A stretch of DNA of 64,000 nucleotides from a virus. Positions 21,201 through 30,737 of this stretch are shown here, piece by piece. Under the pieces are notes generated by a model. The model was not told where the DNA came from, did not search any database, and saw only the letters and a program-made list of their open reading frames with translations. The DNA lies in the IMG/VR virus record IMGVR_UViG_3300020446_001812, positions 1 to 64,000 of that record. One strand, given 5' to 3'. A program made the translations under genes and the position numbers. The number at the start of each line of letters is the position of its first letter. Position 1 is the stretch's first letter.

Positions 21201-24200
21201 AGGCGTACACGATGTTTATCATATAGATAGTTCTAAAGAAGATTTTGAAGGATTTTTTGAAATAACAGAAGTGACTAACAATGAAGTTACTGTCAAGGTT
21301 ACTACACCGTTAGTAGATGATATTGAAAATGTAATTGGAAATATTACAAAATTTAAAAAGGTGAGAGCAACAAACATTGCAGAAGCAAACTTAATTGCAC
21401 AAACTGGCATAAATGAAAATGACTTACTTTGGATAGATACAATTACAACAGAAAATGAGTGGAGTGTTTATAAAAATACAAATCGTTTTTCAGAACAAAG
21501 TAGGATTCAAAATAATCAAAGCGGAAATAATCATGATTACGGAAGAAATCTTGCAGTTGATGATAGAAACACAACATTACTTGTAGGCGCACCAAATTAT
21601 GAAGATGGAAAAGTTTATGTATATCACAGACCTACCAATGGACTGACCTATACTCTCACCCAAATATTAGAGCCTAACAAATTTGGTGATGATTTTGAAA
21701 AATTTGGCGAAAGTGTTGCAATAACTCCTGATGCAAAATTTATTGCAGTAGGTTCACCAAATGCAAGTAATGTAAAAACAAAATATGCAGGAGCATTTGT
21801 TGCATCACAAGATTATTCAAAAAATAGTGTTGTGCTTAAAGATGAAGGATTATGGAAAGCACTAGTTGATATAGAAGGCGAAGAAGCTAATATACAATTT
21901 AACAGTTTTTATAGTGTAGCTCAAGCCATAAATGCTTTAGGTTTACAAAATGATCCAAATAACAACATTACTGTTTTATTAACAGGAAATTATTCTGTAG
22001 ATCCTACCACAAATAATTATGCCTTTACAAGTTCAGTAGATCATATGTTAGTAAGGGCGCCTAAAAATTTATATGACGGTAGCGGAATCCATGATACATT
22101 TAAATTGACATGGAACAGTATAACATATGCAAATCAAGATACTACACCTTTGACATCAAAAGCACCGTTCAACGGGTCGCATGGTGTAATTACTGATGCA
22201 TTTCTTAGTAGTGAACACACAATACAAAAGAAGATTGATACTATTTTGTTTGTGGATACTGCAACAAATTTAGTAGAACTTGGAGACTTAGTTCAAACTG
22301 CTGTAGCTTCTGGATATGTAGATTATGTATACCAAGAATCGGGTGACTTAGTAATATACTTACGAGATGTAAACGGATCATTCAATAGTGAAGATAGTTT
22401 GTTTAGAGATGACGGTGATTTCATAGGACAATATGTAAAACAAGGACCAGTAGATCCAGTAGATACAAGTGATGTCTGGGGTGGTTATTGGTACATTGAT
22501 ACACCTACTTACCAACCTACAGCAAGTACAACTAATATAGATAAAGCCGCAGGCTTAATATATTATGATGTAATTACAGATAGTACAGATACTGGTAGAT
22601 ATTATTATAATAGTTTAGATTATGCAACAAATGCAATTAGTAGTCAAAATGTCTATAACGCATATATGCGTACTTTGACGTATAGGGGATTGCCAGGAGC
22701 AGGTGGAAGCAATAATATATTTCCAAGCGATCTTTACATAATGAGAGCTCCAAAGGATTTAACAGATGTAGTTAGTCCGGGTGATCCTGTAACTGTTTAT
22801 GTAAATCAATTACCTCAATATAATTCAGGCGACTTTAAAGATTTAACAACGATAGGATTATCAACTGCTGTAACAAATACCACAAGAAGCATTTATGATA
22901 TATGGGACGGATATATTAATTTTGATTTTACAAAATTTGATGTAAACGGAAATCCTTTCGAACCTAGAGTAGGTGATGTTGTAGAAGACCTTAGCACAGG
23001 CGCAACTGCAACAGTAGCTTTCTATCAGAGAGATAGTTTAAATGTTACTATATTTGTAAAAAATGTTTCAGGAACATTTTCAGTTGGTGACGACTATGGA
23101 CAAAATGCAGAAATAAAATTTATTGGTACACCTTCTGATCCGGATGTTACATACCAAGTTGATCGTACTATGGGCGAAATACAATTTGTTGGTTTAGGTT
23201 TCACAGCCGCAGGAATAGGAAAAATGCTTGTATTCCAAGCACCTCAAAATATTCCGTTATCAAGTGAAGATACATTAAATGATATAGAATATTGGATGTA
23301 TAGTACAGGTACAGTGTCTGGTATACCAAGACCTGCAAATCCACCTTCATCTATTAATAATGAATGGCAACAAGTATACAAGATTCCTGCAGAATCTACA
23401 GGTACAGGAAGCGGATTTACAAATGAAGGTGTATATACAATTTATAGTCAAGCCGCTCCAGGTAGGTACGATCCTATTGAAACTTATACAGTGCCAGAAA
23501 AACAAAATAATTGGAAATTAGGAAGTCAGTTACATTTTACTTTACATAATAATTTGTATAGATTAATGGTTCATGCAGAAGGAGAACAAACACAAGCTAA
23601 ACCAGGAAGAATATATTTTATTAAAAACGGAGTAGAAAATAATAATACATACACTTGGGAATATGCAAAAAACAAAAAATTTAAAGGTACATTCAATGAA
23701 TCAATAAATTACTTTGTAAATGATATTGTATACAGAGAAAATCCTGCCGCACTAGGCACAGGTATACTGTATAAAGCAAAAACTAACCTTGCACCCGGAG
23801 TTTTTGATCCTATTGATTGGACAAGCACGGATGATTTAATTGATTATGTAGGTTACATTCCAAACAGTACAGGTAATAGCGTAGTAAATGACAGCACAGA
23901 TGGTAGCACAGTATTAGACCAAACACTGTTATCAAAATTTGGAGAAAACTTTGATGTAAGCAAAAATGGAGAAGTAATAGTTGTATCTGCAATTTATGAT
24001 AATTCTAAACCTAATCAAATTGTTGTGTATAGAAACAAACAAGGATTCTATTATAGAGATCAAGAAATACAAGCTCCCGACAAAACAAGTGCTTACGGAC
24101 ATAGTTTAGCTATATCAAATGACGGAATGTTTATTGCTGTATCAGCACCTTACAACGATGATTATCGTTTAGACCAAGGCAAAGTATATGTATACAAACA

Positions 24201-27200
24201 AGTAAGCGGAAACTTTGTTTTAAATCAAGAATTACAAAGTCCAAATAATGAAAGGGCTGAAAGATTTGGTTGGAGATTACAATTTGACGGTAATAAATTA
24301 CATGTCACATCTCGCAATGCTGATTCTACAGAAAATACAACCTATGATGAAAAATCTACTGTGTTTGATGGAGCATTTACACGCTTTGTCGAAACAAGAA
24401 CAGATACAGGCGTAATTTTTGTATATGAAAAAACACCGCAAGGAATGTTGTATGCACAAGATATACAAATTACAGATCAAGATGTCAATACATTTGGACG
24501 AAACATTTTAGCAAAAAATAATCATTTATATGTAGGACTTCCAAACAAAACTGTAGCAGGAAAAGAAGGCCAAGTTATAGATTTTAGAATAGAAGAAGGT
24601 GTACAAATGTACACTACATATAGAAGTTCGCAACCAACTGTTGATGTAGACAAAATTAAAAAAATCTTTTTATATAATATTGAAGATGGAGAACTGTTAA
24701 CCTATTTAGATTATATTGATCCTATACAAGGAAAAGTTGCAGGACCTGCTGAACAAGAACTTACATATAAAACGTACTATGACCCTGCTGTATATTCTGC
24801 AAGTAAAGATAGTAGAGCAATTAGAGATGCCACAGCATCATGGGGAGCTGAAAGAGTTGGTGAAGTTTGGTGGAATCTAACAAACGCAAAATTTTTAAAT
24901 CCTTATCAAGGATCTATAGAGTATTCAACACAAAACTGGAATAAATTGTTCGAAGGAAACAGTGTAAATGTATATGAATGGGTAGAATCAGATGTAGTGC
25001 CTAGCCAATGGGATTCACAAGCAGATACAGAAAAAGGTTTCGAAAAAGGATATAGTGGAACTAGCTTGTATGGAGATAATGCGTTTTCTACAAAAAGAGT
25101 TTACGACAACGTTGCAAAAGCGTTTAAAACAAAATACTATTTTTGGGTAACAAATAAAACTATAGTACCCGATGTGGAATTTAGGCATATTAGTTTGAAA
25201 GATATTACTGAATTCATTACAGATCCTACTGCTAAAGGACACAAATATGTGGCATTGATAAGTCCAACAAAATTTGTATTACATAATTGTGATACACTTA
25301 TCAAAGGGACCGAAATAGGATTAAATGTACAATTTTGGACAATACAAAACCAAACTCAAAATATACATAATCAATATCAGATTGTCAGTGAAGGTTTAGA
25401 AACAAGCCAACCTAATCCAGATATTGTTAAAAAATGGTATGACAGCTTAATAGGATACGATAAGCAAGGTAGAATTGTTCCTGATCCTACATTAAGCGAC
25501 AAAGAAAAATATGGAACATTATATAGGCCAAGACAAGGATGGTTCAAAAATAAAAGTGAAGCATTAAAGCAATTTATTGAAAGGACAAACAGAGTCTTAA
25601 AAGATAATATTATAGTAGGAGATAAAAATCTTACAAATATATCTCAAGCAGAACCTAGACTTACCACTGCAAGCAATTTATATGATGTAGAAATAGATAC
25701 CTTCAGCGATATTTTTAGTGTAGGTGTTAATAATGTTGTTTCAGCAAAATTAAGTGTTGTAGTACGAAACGGAAGTATAATACAAGTCAATATAGATGAA
25801 GCAGGCAAAGGCTACAGATATCCTCCTACTGTTACAGTAAGTGGTGCAGGAATAAATGCAGAGTTAGAAACATCAATAGATGGATTAGGAAGAATAAACG
25901 ATGTTACAATTTTAAATCCTGGAAAAAACTACAATGATAACACCACTGTAAATGTAAGAAACTTCAGTGTTTTTGTAAAAGCAGATGAAACACTTGCAGG
26001 CAAATGGAGTTTATATGAAAGAATAACAGAATCAAGTTCTTGGAATAGATTAAGAAGCCAATCATATAACACAAATTTATATTGGGAATATATAGACTGG
26101 TATGCAAGTGGGTATAATGAAAGCACAGAAATAGATTATCTAATTGATTATAGCTATCAATTAACAAGCCTTGATAACCCTATTGGCACTATTGTAAAAA
26201 TTGCAAATATAGGCACAGGCGGTTGGCTGTTGTTAGAAAAAGAGTTTGATTTTGATACAGATGATTATACAAGAAATTATAAAACTATTGGCAGACAAAA
26301 CGGGACAATAAAATTTAAAAACACATTGTATGATGTCATTGCCGCAAATACAGGTTTTGATACTATCAGCTTTGATACAAAAATATTTGATAGTGAACCA
26401 ACAACTGAAACTAGAATTATTTTAGAATCAATAAGAGATGACTTATTAATTGATGAGCTTTTAGTTGAATTTAACAAACTTTTCTTTGCAGGTTTAAGAT
26501 ATGTTTTTGCAGAACAAACATATGTTGATTGGGCTTTTAAAACAAGTTTTATGAAAGCAAAACATAATGTTGGCAGTTTAAGAGAAGATGTAACATTCAA
26601 TAATGACAATTTACCTAGTTATGAATCATATGTAAAAGAAGTAAAACCATTTACCACAAAAATTAGAGAATATCTAAGTGCTTATGAAAAACTTGAAAAT
26701 ACACAAACTGTAACAACTGACTTTGACTTAGCTCCTAGTTACAATGTACAAGAAGGAAGGATTTTACCTTCAGATGTAAAAGTTGTAAACGATGTATTAG
26801 TTGGAACTGATACAAGTTTAGAAACATATCCAAATAAAAACTGGTTAGATAATAGTAGTTACGGTATCTTATCTGTAGAACCTGTAGAACAAGGACAAGG
26901 TTACACTAATCCGCCTGTGTTAGAATTAGTAGGAGGCGGAGGATCTGGTGCAATTCTAAAATCATATTTAGGCTCAAAAGGTAACGTTACTAAAGTAGAC
27001 GTAATTGTTCCAGGTTCTAATTATTATTCTGCACCAACTGTTACAATTAAAGGCAATTTGGTTGAAGGTGGGAAAGATGCAACATTCAGTGTGAGATTAG
27101 CACCTAATCCTGTCAGAGGAATAACAACAAAGGTTAAGTTTGATAGAACAGCTGGCATTTATGTTTATACAAAAACTGACCAAACTCAAACATTTACAGC

Positions 27201-30093
27201 ATCAGGTTCACAATTTGCATTTCAATTAAATTGGCCTATGGACTTAAAAGTAGAAGATGTAAGTATTACAAAAAATAACACAGAACTTTTAAGTAATGAA
27301 TATACCTATACGAATATAAAAGATGAAAACGCAAGTTATGAAAGATATTTTGGACAAATAAATTTACTTACTAAGCCGTCTGCAGGAGATATAATTGTTG
27401 TAAATTACAAATTGTCACCTAATTTATATCATGCTTCAGATAGAATTAATAAATTATACAATCCGCAAGAAGGCCAATTAGGAAAAGAATTAGGTCAATT
27501 AATGACAGGTATAGACTACGGAGGCGTAGAAGTAAAAAGTTTTGGATTTGCCCAAGGACAAGGATGGGATTCAGATGCTTGGTTTGAATCAACATGGGAT
27601 ACGTATGATAATACATTTGAAGATGAGATTTTTGAATTTGACGGAAGTACCACTGTAATTACTTTAAACAATCCATTAGAAGACGGAGTTGAATATCACG
27701 TATATAAAAACAATGTTAGGCTTGATGATCCTAATTTTGATGGCAGTACATTAATTACAAATACAAACGCTATTATGAAAAGTTTGATAGGTGACGGCGT
27801 TACGCAGACAATGTATTTGGATGATTTCAAAACACAAGAATATCAAGAAGAAGGAAATAACACAGGAGCCGTTATTAATGTTGTTGATGGCGATACATTA
27901 ATTATAAGAAAATCAACAAGTGACGGCACATTTTTACCCAACGAGCAGACATACGATAGTATCATCCAAGGTGGCAATTTAAATTATTCAACAGCAACAG
28001 GACTTAACAGTGCTGACATAACTATAGACGGAGACGGATTCGTTACACCAACTACAAGCACTGGACCAGAAGAACAAGTTCCAGGACAATTATTAGATAC
28101 AGTTGATATAAAAGTTTTTGAAAGGCCAACAGGCGGATCAAGTCCTACAACATCTATGAATTATGTTGGTGACGGCACTACTGTAACATATGATATTGGA
28201 GCAGCACCAATATCTGAAGATTCGTTATTTGTAAAAATTGGTCCGAATATTGTAAAGAATTTTACTGTTGATTACAAAACAAACACAATAAAATTTGCCA
28301 CAGCACCAACTTTAGGACAAAGAATAAACATTCTTACTTTAGGAGTCAGCGGAACAAAAGTGATAGATATTGATACTATCACAACAGACGGTAGCACTGC
28401 TAGTTTTATTACAAACGTCAGGTACAAAAATGATTTACAGTACATTATTACGTTAAATGGAAAGGCAATTGATAATGTTGTAAATGAAAGTGTTGAATCT
28501 GACGGAATTGCAGGAAACGCATTAATTAAATTTGCTGAACCTCCAGAAGCAGGACAAGAAATAAGATATGTATTTTTTGAAGGAGATGCAAATACAAAAA
28601 ATTACAGCGAAGTAATTATACAAAATATCACAGCTGATGGTAGCAGTGTTGCTTATGACTTAACAACTGTGCCGTCTGTGCAAGAGCCAGCAAGTTATAA
28701 AACTATTGTAAAAGTAGGTAATAGTATATTAGAAGCAGGTTATACAAAAAGGTATATCACAACAAAAACAACCTTAGAATATAAATTAGAAGATTTTCAG
28801 TTTCCTCCAGGATCAATAAACAAAAAAGAAGTCAAACTATTCCTTAATAATATAGAATTGCCTGAAGAAAAATGGAATTTAGTCATAGGAAACGGTTCTG
28901 TAATTAGATTACGTACTGATGTACAACAACAAGACGGGGATAAATTAGATGTATTTGTGTTAACAAGTGGTGAATATAGATTTGGTTATATTGATAATGT
29001 TTCTAAGTTATGGGTATCTACTCCAGGTATAATACATTTTGATACAACATATGCTGAAGATACAAAAATTACAGTATATCAATTTACAAACCATGATTCT
29101 CAGGATATACAAAGAATAGAATATGATGTAGTTGACAGAATAAATCTTACACCTGGCACAGAAGTATATCAAAAATACTTGCATTTGCAGGGTGGATTAA
29201 TTCAACTCAATCAAGAAGCTATAGATGCCCAATATATTTGGGTTTCAATAAACAATGAATTGTTAATACCAAGTGTGCATTACTTTGTAACAGACAATAA
29301 AATGTATGTAAAAATTATTAAGAAAATAGAAGAAAATGATACAGTGCAAGTTGTGCATTTCGCAGCACCTAAGACACAAAATAAATTTGGTTGGTCACAA
29401 TTTAAAGATATGTTGAATAGAACACACTATAAAAGATTAACAGATAAAGAAAATATTAGTCTAGCAGTAGATCTTTATGAATACGATCAAAGCATAACAG
29501 TAGTAAACGGAGAAAATCTACCAGCTCCTATTGCTGGATCCCGAATACCGGCAGTATTGTTCATTGATAGTGAAAGAATAGAATATTTTGTGAGAAATGG
29601 CAACGTAATATCTCAATTTAGAAGAGGAACCTTAGGAACAGGTGTAAAACATATGTATTCTGAAGGAACAAAAGTTTTAAATTCAGGTGCAGAAAATACG
29701 ATGCCGTATAAAGACGAAACAATTACAACAATTTTTACAGCTGATGGTACAAGTCAAACATATACGTTAGATTTTACACCGTCGAATGTAAATGAGTTCG
29801 AAGTATTTGTGGCAGGAAAACGCTTACGTAAAAATAATATAGATAGTTACAAGTTTGACGACACAAATGGACCTATTTCTCAGGATAGTCCTGAGGGAGA
29901 TGAAACATTATCAGCTGAATTCAGTATAAACGGCAATCAATTAACACTTTTGAATGTGCCATTACAGAATACAAAGATAATTGTTATACGAAAACAAGGT
30001 AAAATATGGAAGGAAACAGGAACTGCCATGGCAGATAGTGATTCTGATATTGCTAAATTCTTACGTGCCGCAACAGTTGACTTACCGCGATAA
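15211..30093 (+). CDS. giant (4960 aa) virion structural protein, baseplate wedge gp7-position / adhesin-like
   Basis: Uninterrupted 14.9-kb ORF coupled (TAATG) to gp6. Contains LP.YF N-terminus, FG-GAP-like propeller blades (LLVGAP..GKVYVY, IAVSAP..GKVYVY), aromatic CBM5/12-like modules (W....YVPGQNVEYQGSFY), G.GY..PP.V....G repeats and C-terminal DG...Y/F.L repeats. Confidence 0.75.
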   Translation: MAYNNDQSEQPLPGGTNGRKRESANHLPRYFRTQSNKKFLQSTLDQLIQPGVVEKLNGYIGRESAKAFSVTDNYVSDVSDDRKNYQLEPASVVKDNLGNVTFYKDYNDYINQIKTLNSNNNDHSILNQQEFYAWDPHVDWDKLTNFREYYWLPNGPQSFGVPGNTIDVESTYTVRVADNVDNNAYLFTPDGLTQNPTITLYRGITYKFDIDTPNLPFTIKTKKTLAEGFDLDSSSILVLQGVSVQGLEKGVSTLQLGTDTPDVLYYMASNDLQASGTIIVKDITEATFIDVEKEIIGKRTYKASSGVDLSNGMKVYFTGQVVPEKYAEGSFYIEGVGEAIKLIPENNLNIPTEFTDDIEIPFDQNGFDRLPYGKAIGFPKEKDYIVINRSSQDGNLWTRYNRWFHKSIIEISAKQNDEPVEIDQAQRAKRPIIEFESNLKLNNFGTLNKQDVDLIDDFTTDVFSTIEGSIGYNIDGVDIVKGMRILFTADPDMLVSGRIFEVDIIKFANNQSTNNQITLKEVSDGIPQENETVLALGGTKYKGKILYYANKKWNVSQEKTNRNQPPVFDIFDDTGNSYADTTVYDASTFTGTKIFSYKQGMGKNDTELGIPISYRSISNVGDIVFNFDLLQDSFTYSVDNDIFTKNTDIGFLRKYNGLTDFTSVSGWKKVDTLSEQVVIRQYIFDNSITSFAIDVYEQSGLLDDLWIRVYLNNKLQFINKDYTIENDVNNNATVVFNNDLNINDVVLIKTKSSAIKNQNGYYEFPASLERNPKNDDLQTFTLGEVNDHVSSIVENLDDFEGVYPGVGNLRDICNLASKGRRFLQHSAPMNLTLYHITDKDSNIIRSIDFAKNEYSKFKRLFLQTAEESNFQGTVKDHVDKIMTDLNLAKNKNNPFYFSDMVPLGAAKKLEYTILDPDEQFFALSEIFDLYIPSKKSVQIYLNGVQLCHGRDYTFNEEGFAVITCNKQQDDIIEIYEYETTNGSYIPPTPTKLGLYPGYVPEIYIDNTYQSPKNVIQGHDGSRIIAFNDYRDNLLLELEKRIYNNLKVKYDANLFDIHDLIPGEYRATGISHEQINKSMLSSFISWSKFIDQDYTLHNFFERTNRFTFNYRNADSPSGKNLPGFWRQIYIRAFDTDRPHTHPWEMLGLTVKPSWWDTQYGPAPYTKDNLLMWTDIQDGVIRDPNKKYKIVVKYKRPDLLNHIPVDSEGNLLPPLDIGWVSNYQPDTIDFSFVFGDGAPAETAWRNSSDYRFSIIKAFVLNKPSVAFSTGFDRINQVRNSAGEIVYKSTSKRINLKDIIFPNTPGEDTQNYTSGLINYVSNYMANDVLKSYSDYKNNLKNINNQLGFKLAGFTDKAKFRLILDSRTPTNEGNVFVPDENYKIFLNTSSPVKKVDYSGVIIERRSDGYVVKGYSPDSTTFKYFQPVQKQNDPSINIGGISESYVTWADDKTYVPGQNVEYQGSFYRTKTQHISTETFDVEKFAKLPSLPLIGGRQAFVRKSFDVITEKEINYGHLFTDIQAVVDFLLGYGEYLKSQGFVFEFFEGAEKTVLDWRHSVNEFLFWTTQKWAEGSVITLSPAAAEIKLTTNYSMVDNIFDGFYGYNLFKSDGTKLVEEFANLGRSPNEFILRPKNTADGIFYVSLPLVQKEHVVLIDNTSVFNDVVFDQQPGYRQERIKVLGYRTTNWDGSLNIPGFVYDDAEIFDWESWTDYDIGTVVKHKEFYYSAPAKISGQENFDSKQWNILSNKPKGGLYANFEYRTNQFADFYDLDSDNFDVEQQKSAQHLIGYQKRQYLENIVNDDVSQYKFYQGFIQDKGSKNALTKLFDALASDDKDSLDFYEEWAIKDGQYGASEGFDDVIFRLDESKFRLVPQPIELVNTITGDETDLIYRIRPYEVYQKSKNYDHKPFPSKYVFDTYTRNAGYVNQQDVRGIVTNYSNIVDFNFASIKQNDYIWVGNEDRNWNVYQHVDTKFVVEKINKGTDTVKIVLTKNADGFEVGQIIGVHDVYHIDSSKEDFEGFFEITEVTNNEVTVKVTTPLVDDIENVIGNITKFKKVRATNIAEANLIAQTGINENDLLWIDTITTENEWSVYKNTNRFSEQSRIQNNQSGNNHDYGRNLAVDDRNTTLLVGAPNYEDGKVYVYHRPTNGLTYTLTQILEPNKFGDDFEKFGESVAITPDAKFIAVGSPNASNVKTKYAGAFVASQDYSKNSVVLKDEGLWKALVDIEGEEANIQFNSFYSVAQAINALGLQNDPNNNITVLLTGNYSVDPTTNNYAFTSSVDHMLVRAPKNLYDGSGIHDTFKLTWNSITYANQDTTPLTSKAPFNGSHGVITDAFLSSEHTIQKKIDTILFVDTATNLVELGDLVQTAVASGYVDYVYQESGDLVIYLRDVNGSFNSEDSLFRDDGDFIGQYVKQGPVDPVDTSDVWGGYWYIDTPTYQPTASTTNIDKAAGLIYYDVITDSTDTGRYYYNSLDYATNAISSQNVYNAYMRTLTYRGLPGAGGSNNIFPSDLYIMRAPKDLTDVVSPGDPVTVYVNQLPQYNSGDFKDLTTIGLSTAVTNTTRSIYDIWDGYINFDFTKFDVNGNPFEPRVGDVVEDLSTGATATVAFYQRDSLNVTIFVKNVSGTFSVGDDYGQNAEIKFIGTPSDPDVTYQVDRTMGEIQFVGLGFTAAGIGKMLVFQAPQNIPLSSEDTLNDIEYWMYSTGTVSGIPRPANPPSSINNEWQQVYKIPAESTGTGSGFTNEGVYTIYSQAAPGRYDPIETYTVPEKQNNWKLGSQLHFTLHNNLYRLMVHAEGEQTQAKPGRIYFIKNGVENNNTYTWEYAKNKKFKGTFNESINYFVNDIVYRENPAALGTGILYKAKTNLAPGVFDPIDWTSTDDLIDYVGYIPNSTGNSVVNDSTDGSTVLDQTLLSKFGENFDVSKNGEVIVVSAIYDNSKPNQIVVYRNKQGFYYRDQEIQAPDKTSAYGHSLAISNDGMFIAVSAPYNDDYRLDQGKVYVYKQVSGNFVLNQELQSPNNERAERFGWRLQFDGNKLHVTSRNADSTENTTYDEKSTVFDGAFTRFVETRTDTGVIFVYEKTPQGMLYAQDIQITDQDVNTFGRNILAKNNHLYVGLPNKTVAGKEGQVIDFRIEEGVQMYTTYRSSQPTVDVDKIKKIFLYNIEDGELLTYLDYIDPIQGKVAGPAEQELTYKTYYDPAVYSASKDSRAIRDATASWGAERVGEVWWNLTNAKFLNPYQGSIEYSTQNWNKLFEGNSVNVYEWVESDVVPSQWDSQADTEKGFEKGYSGTSLYGDNAFSTKRVYDNVAKAFKTKYYFWVTNKTIVPDVEFRHISLKDITEFITDPTAKGHKYVALISPTKFVLHNCDTLIKGTEIGLNVQFWTIQNQTQNIHNQYQIVSEGLETSQPNPDIVKKWYDSLIGYDKQGRIVPDPTLSDKEKYGTLYRPRQGWFKNKSEALKQFIERTNRVLKDNIIVGDKNLTNISQAEPRLTTASNLYDVEIDTFSDIFSVGVNNVVSAKLSVVVRNGSIIQVNIDEAGKGYRYPPTVTVSGAGINAELETSIDGLGRINDVTILNPGKNYNDNTTVNVRNFSVFVKADETLAGKWSLYERITESSSWNRLRSQSYNTNLYWEYIDWYASGYNESTEIDYLIDYSYQLTSLDNPIGTIVKIANIGTGGWLLLEKEFDFDTDDYTRNYKTIGRQNGTIKFKNTLYDVIAANTGFDTISFDTKIFDSEPTTETRIILESIRDDLLIDELLVEFNKLFFAGLRYVFAEQTYVDWAFKTSFMKAKHNVGSLREDVTFNNDNLPSYESYVKEVKPFTTKIREYLSAYEKLENTQTVTTDFDLAPSYNVQEGRILPSDVKVVNDVLVGTDTSLETYPNKNWLDNSSYGILSVEPVEQGQGYTNPPVLELVGGGGSGAILKSYLGSKGNVTKVDVIVPGSNYYSAPTVTIKGNLVEGGKDATFSVRLAPNPVRGITTKVKFDRTAGIYVYTKTDQTQTFTASGSQFAFQLNWPMDLKVEDVSITKNNTELLSNEYTYTNIKDENASYERYFGQINLLTKPSAGDIIVVNYKLSPNLYHASDRINKLYNPQEGQLGKELGQLMTGIDYGGVEVKSFGFAQGQGWDSDAWFESTWDTYDNTFEDEIFEFDGSTTVITLNNPLEDGVEYHVYKNNVRLDDPNFDGSTLITNTNAIMKSLIGDGVTQTMYLDDFKTQEYQEEGNNTGAVINVVDGDTLIIRKSTSDGTFLPNEQTYDSIIQGGNLNYSTATGLNSADITIDGDGFVTPTTSTGPEEQVPGQLLDTVDIKVFERPTGGSSPTTSMNYVGDGTTVTYDIGAAPISEDSLFVKIGPNIVKNFTVDYKTNTIKFATAPTLGQRINILTLGVSGTKVIDIDTITTDGSTASFITNVRYKNDLQYIITLNGKAIDNVVNESVESDGIAGNALIKFAEPPEAGQEIRYVFFEGDANTKNYSEVIIQNITADGSSVAYDLTTVPSVQEPASYKTIVKVGNSILEAGYTKRYITTKTTLEYKLEDFQFPPGSINKKEVKLFLNNIELPEEKWNLVIGNGSVIRLRTDVQQQDGDKLDVFVLTSGEYRFGYIDNVSKLWVSTPGIIHFDTTYAEDTKITVYQFTNHDSQDIQRIEYDVVDRINLTPGTEVYQKYLHLQGGLIQLNQEAIDAQYIWVSINNELLIPSVHYFVTDNKMYVKIIKKIEENDTVQVVHFAAPKTQNKFGWSQFKDMLNRTHYKRLTDKENISLAVDLYEYDQSITVVNGENLPAPIAGSRIPAVLFIDSERIEYFVRNGNVISQFRRGTLGTGVKHMYSEGTKVLNSGAENTMPYKDETITTIFTADGTSQTYTLDFTPSNVNEFEVFVAGKRLRKNNIDSYKFDDTNGPISQDSPEGDETLSAEFSINGNQLTLLNVPLQNTKIIVIRKQGKIWKETGTAMADSDSDIAKFLRAATVDLPR

Positions 30094-30096
30094 ATA
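30091..30096 (+). promoter_or_regulatory. late-promoter box (GA)TAAATA
   Basis: Overlaps the stop of the giant gene, 22 nt before ATG 30119. Confidence 0.55.
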
Positions 30097-30118
30097 CAAC
30101 AGCAGGATGGTATAAACT

Positions 30119-30733
30119 ATGACAGATAAAATAAACGAACAAAGCGGTGTACTCTTACAAGGACACATTAAGATTCATAATCCAGAATCTGGCGAAGTTT
30201 TAGTTGACAAACGCAATGCTATTCATTACGAAAATATGAGTATAAGCCTTGCAGAAAGTCTTGGAAACGGTGGAACAGGATGGATATACGAAATGGGATT
30301 TGGCAACGGAGGAACAAGCGTTGATCCAACAGGAATCATTACATATCTTACTCCTAACTCTACTGGAACAAACGCTAGTTTGTATAACGAAACATTCACA
30401 AAAATTGTAGATGATAGAAGTGTTAACAATTTAGATCCTGCTAGAAATAAAATTGAAACAAGACACGTAAGCGGCACTAATTATACTGACGTATTGGTTA
30501 CTTGTCTTTTAGATTATGGTGAACCTACTGGACAAGATGCATTTGATACTGCGGCTGATACAAATAGTTTATATGTTTTTGATGAATTAGGCCTAAAAGC
30601 ATATAGCTCTTCAGGCACAGGAAGATTACTTACACATGTTATATTCCATCCAGTGCAAAAATCTTTGAATAGATTAATTCAAATAGATTATACGGTACGA
30701 GTTCAAAGTTTAACAGGATTTAATGAAGGATAA
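30119..30733 (+). CDS. baseplate/tail-associated structural protein
   Basis: 204 aa, G.IKI...N.I, MGFGNGG, FDELGL, LLTHVIF.PVQKS.NR...I.Y. Located between the wedge and fibre genes; function inferred from context. Confidence 0.55.
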   Translation: MTDKINEQSGVLLQGHIKIHNPESGEVLVDKRNAIHYENMSISLAESLGNGGTGWIYEMGFGNGGTSVDPTGIITYLTPNSTGTNASLYNETFTKIVDDRSVNNLDPARNKIETRHVSGTNYTDVLVTCLLDYGEPTGQDAFDTAADTNSLYVFDELGLKAYSSSGTGRLLTHVIFHPVQKSLNRLIQIDYTVRVQSLTGFNEG

Positions 30734-30737
30734 TTAA

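Noticed and set aside
15211-30090. Many intragenic TAAATA hexamers
   Set aside because: Expected by chance at about 70% AT; only intergenic or start-proximal copies were reported.
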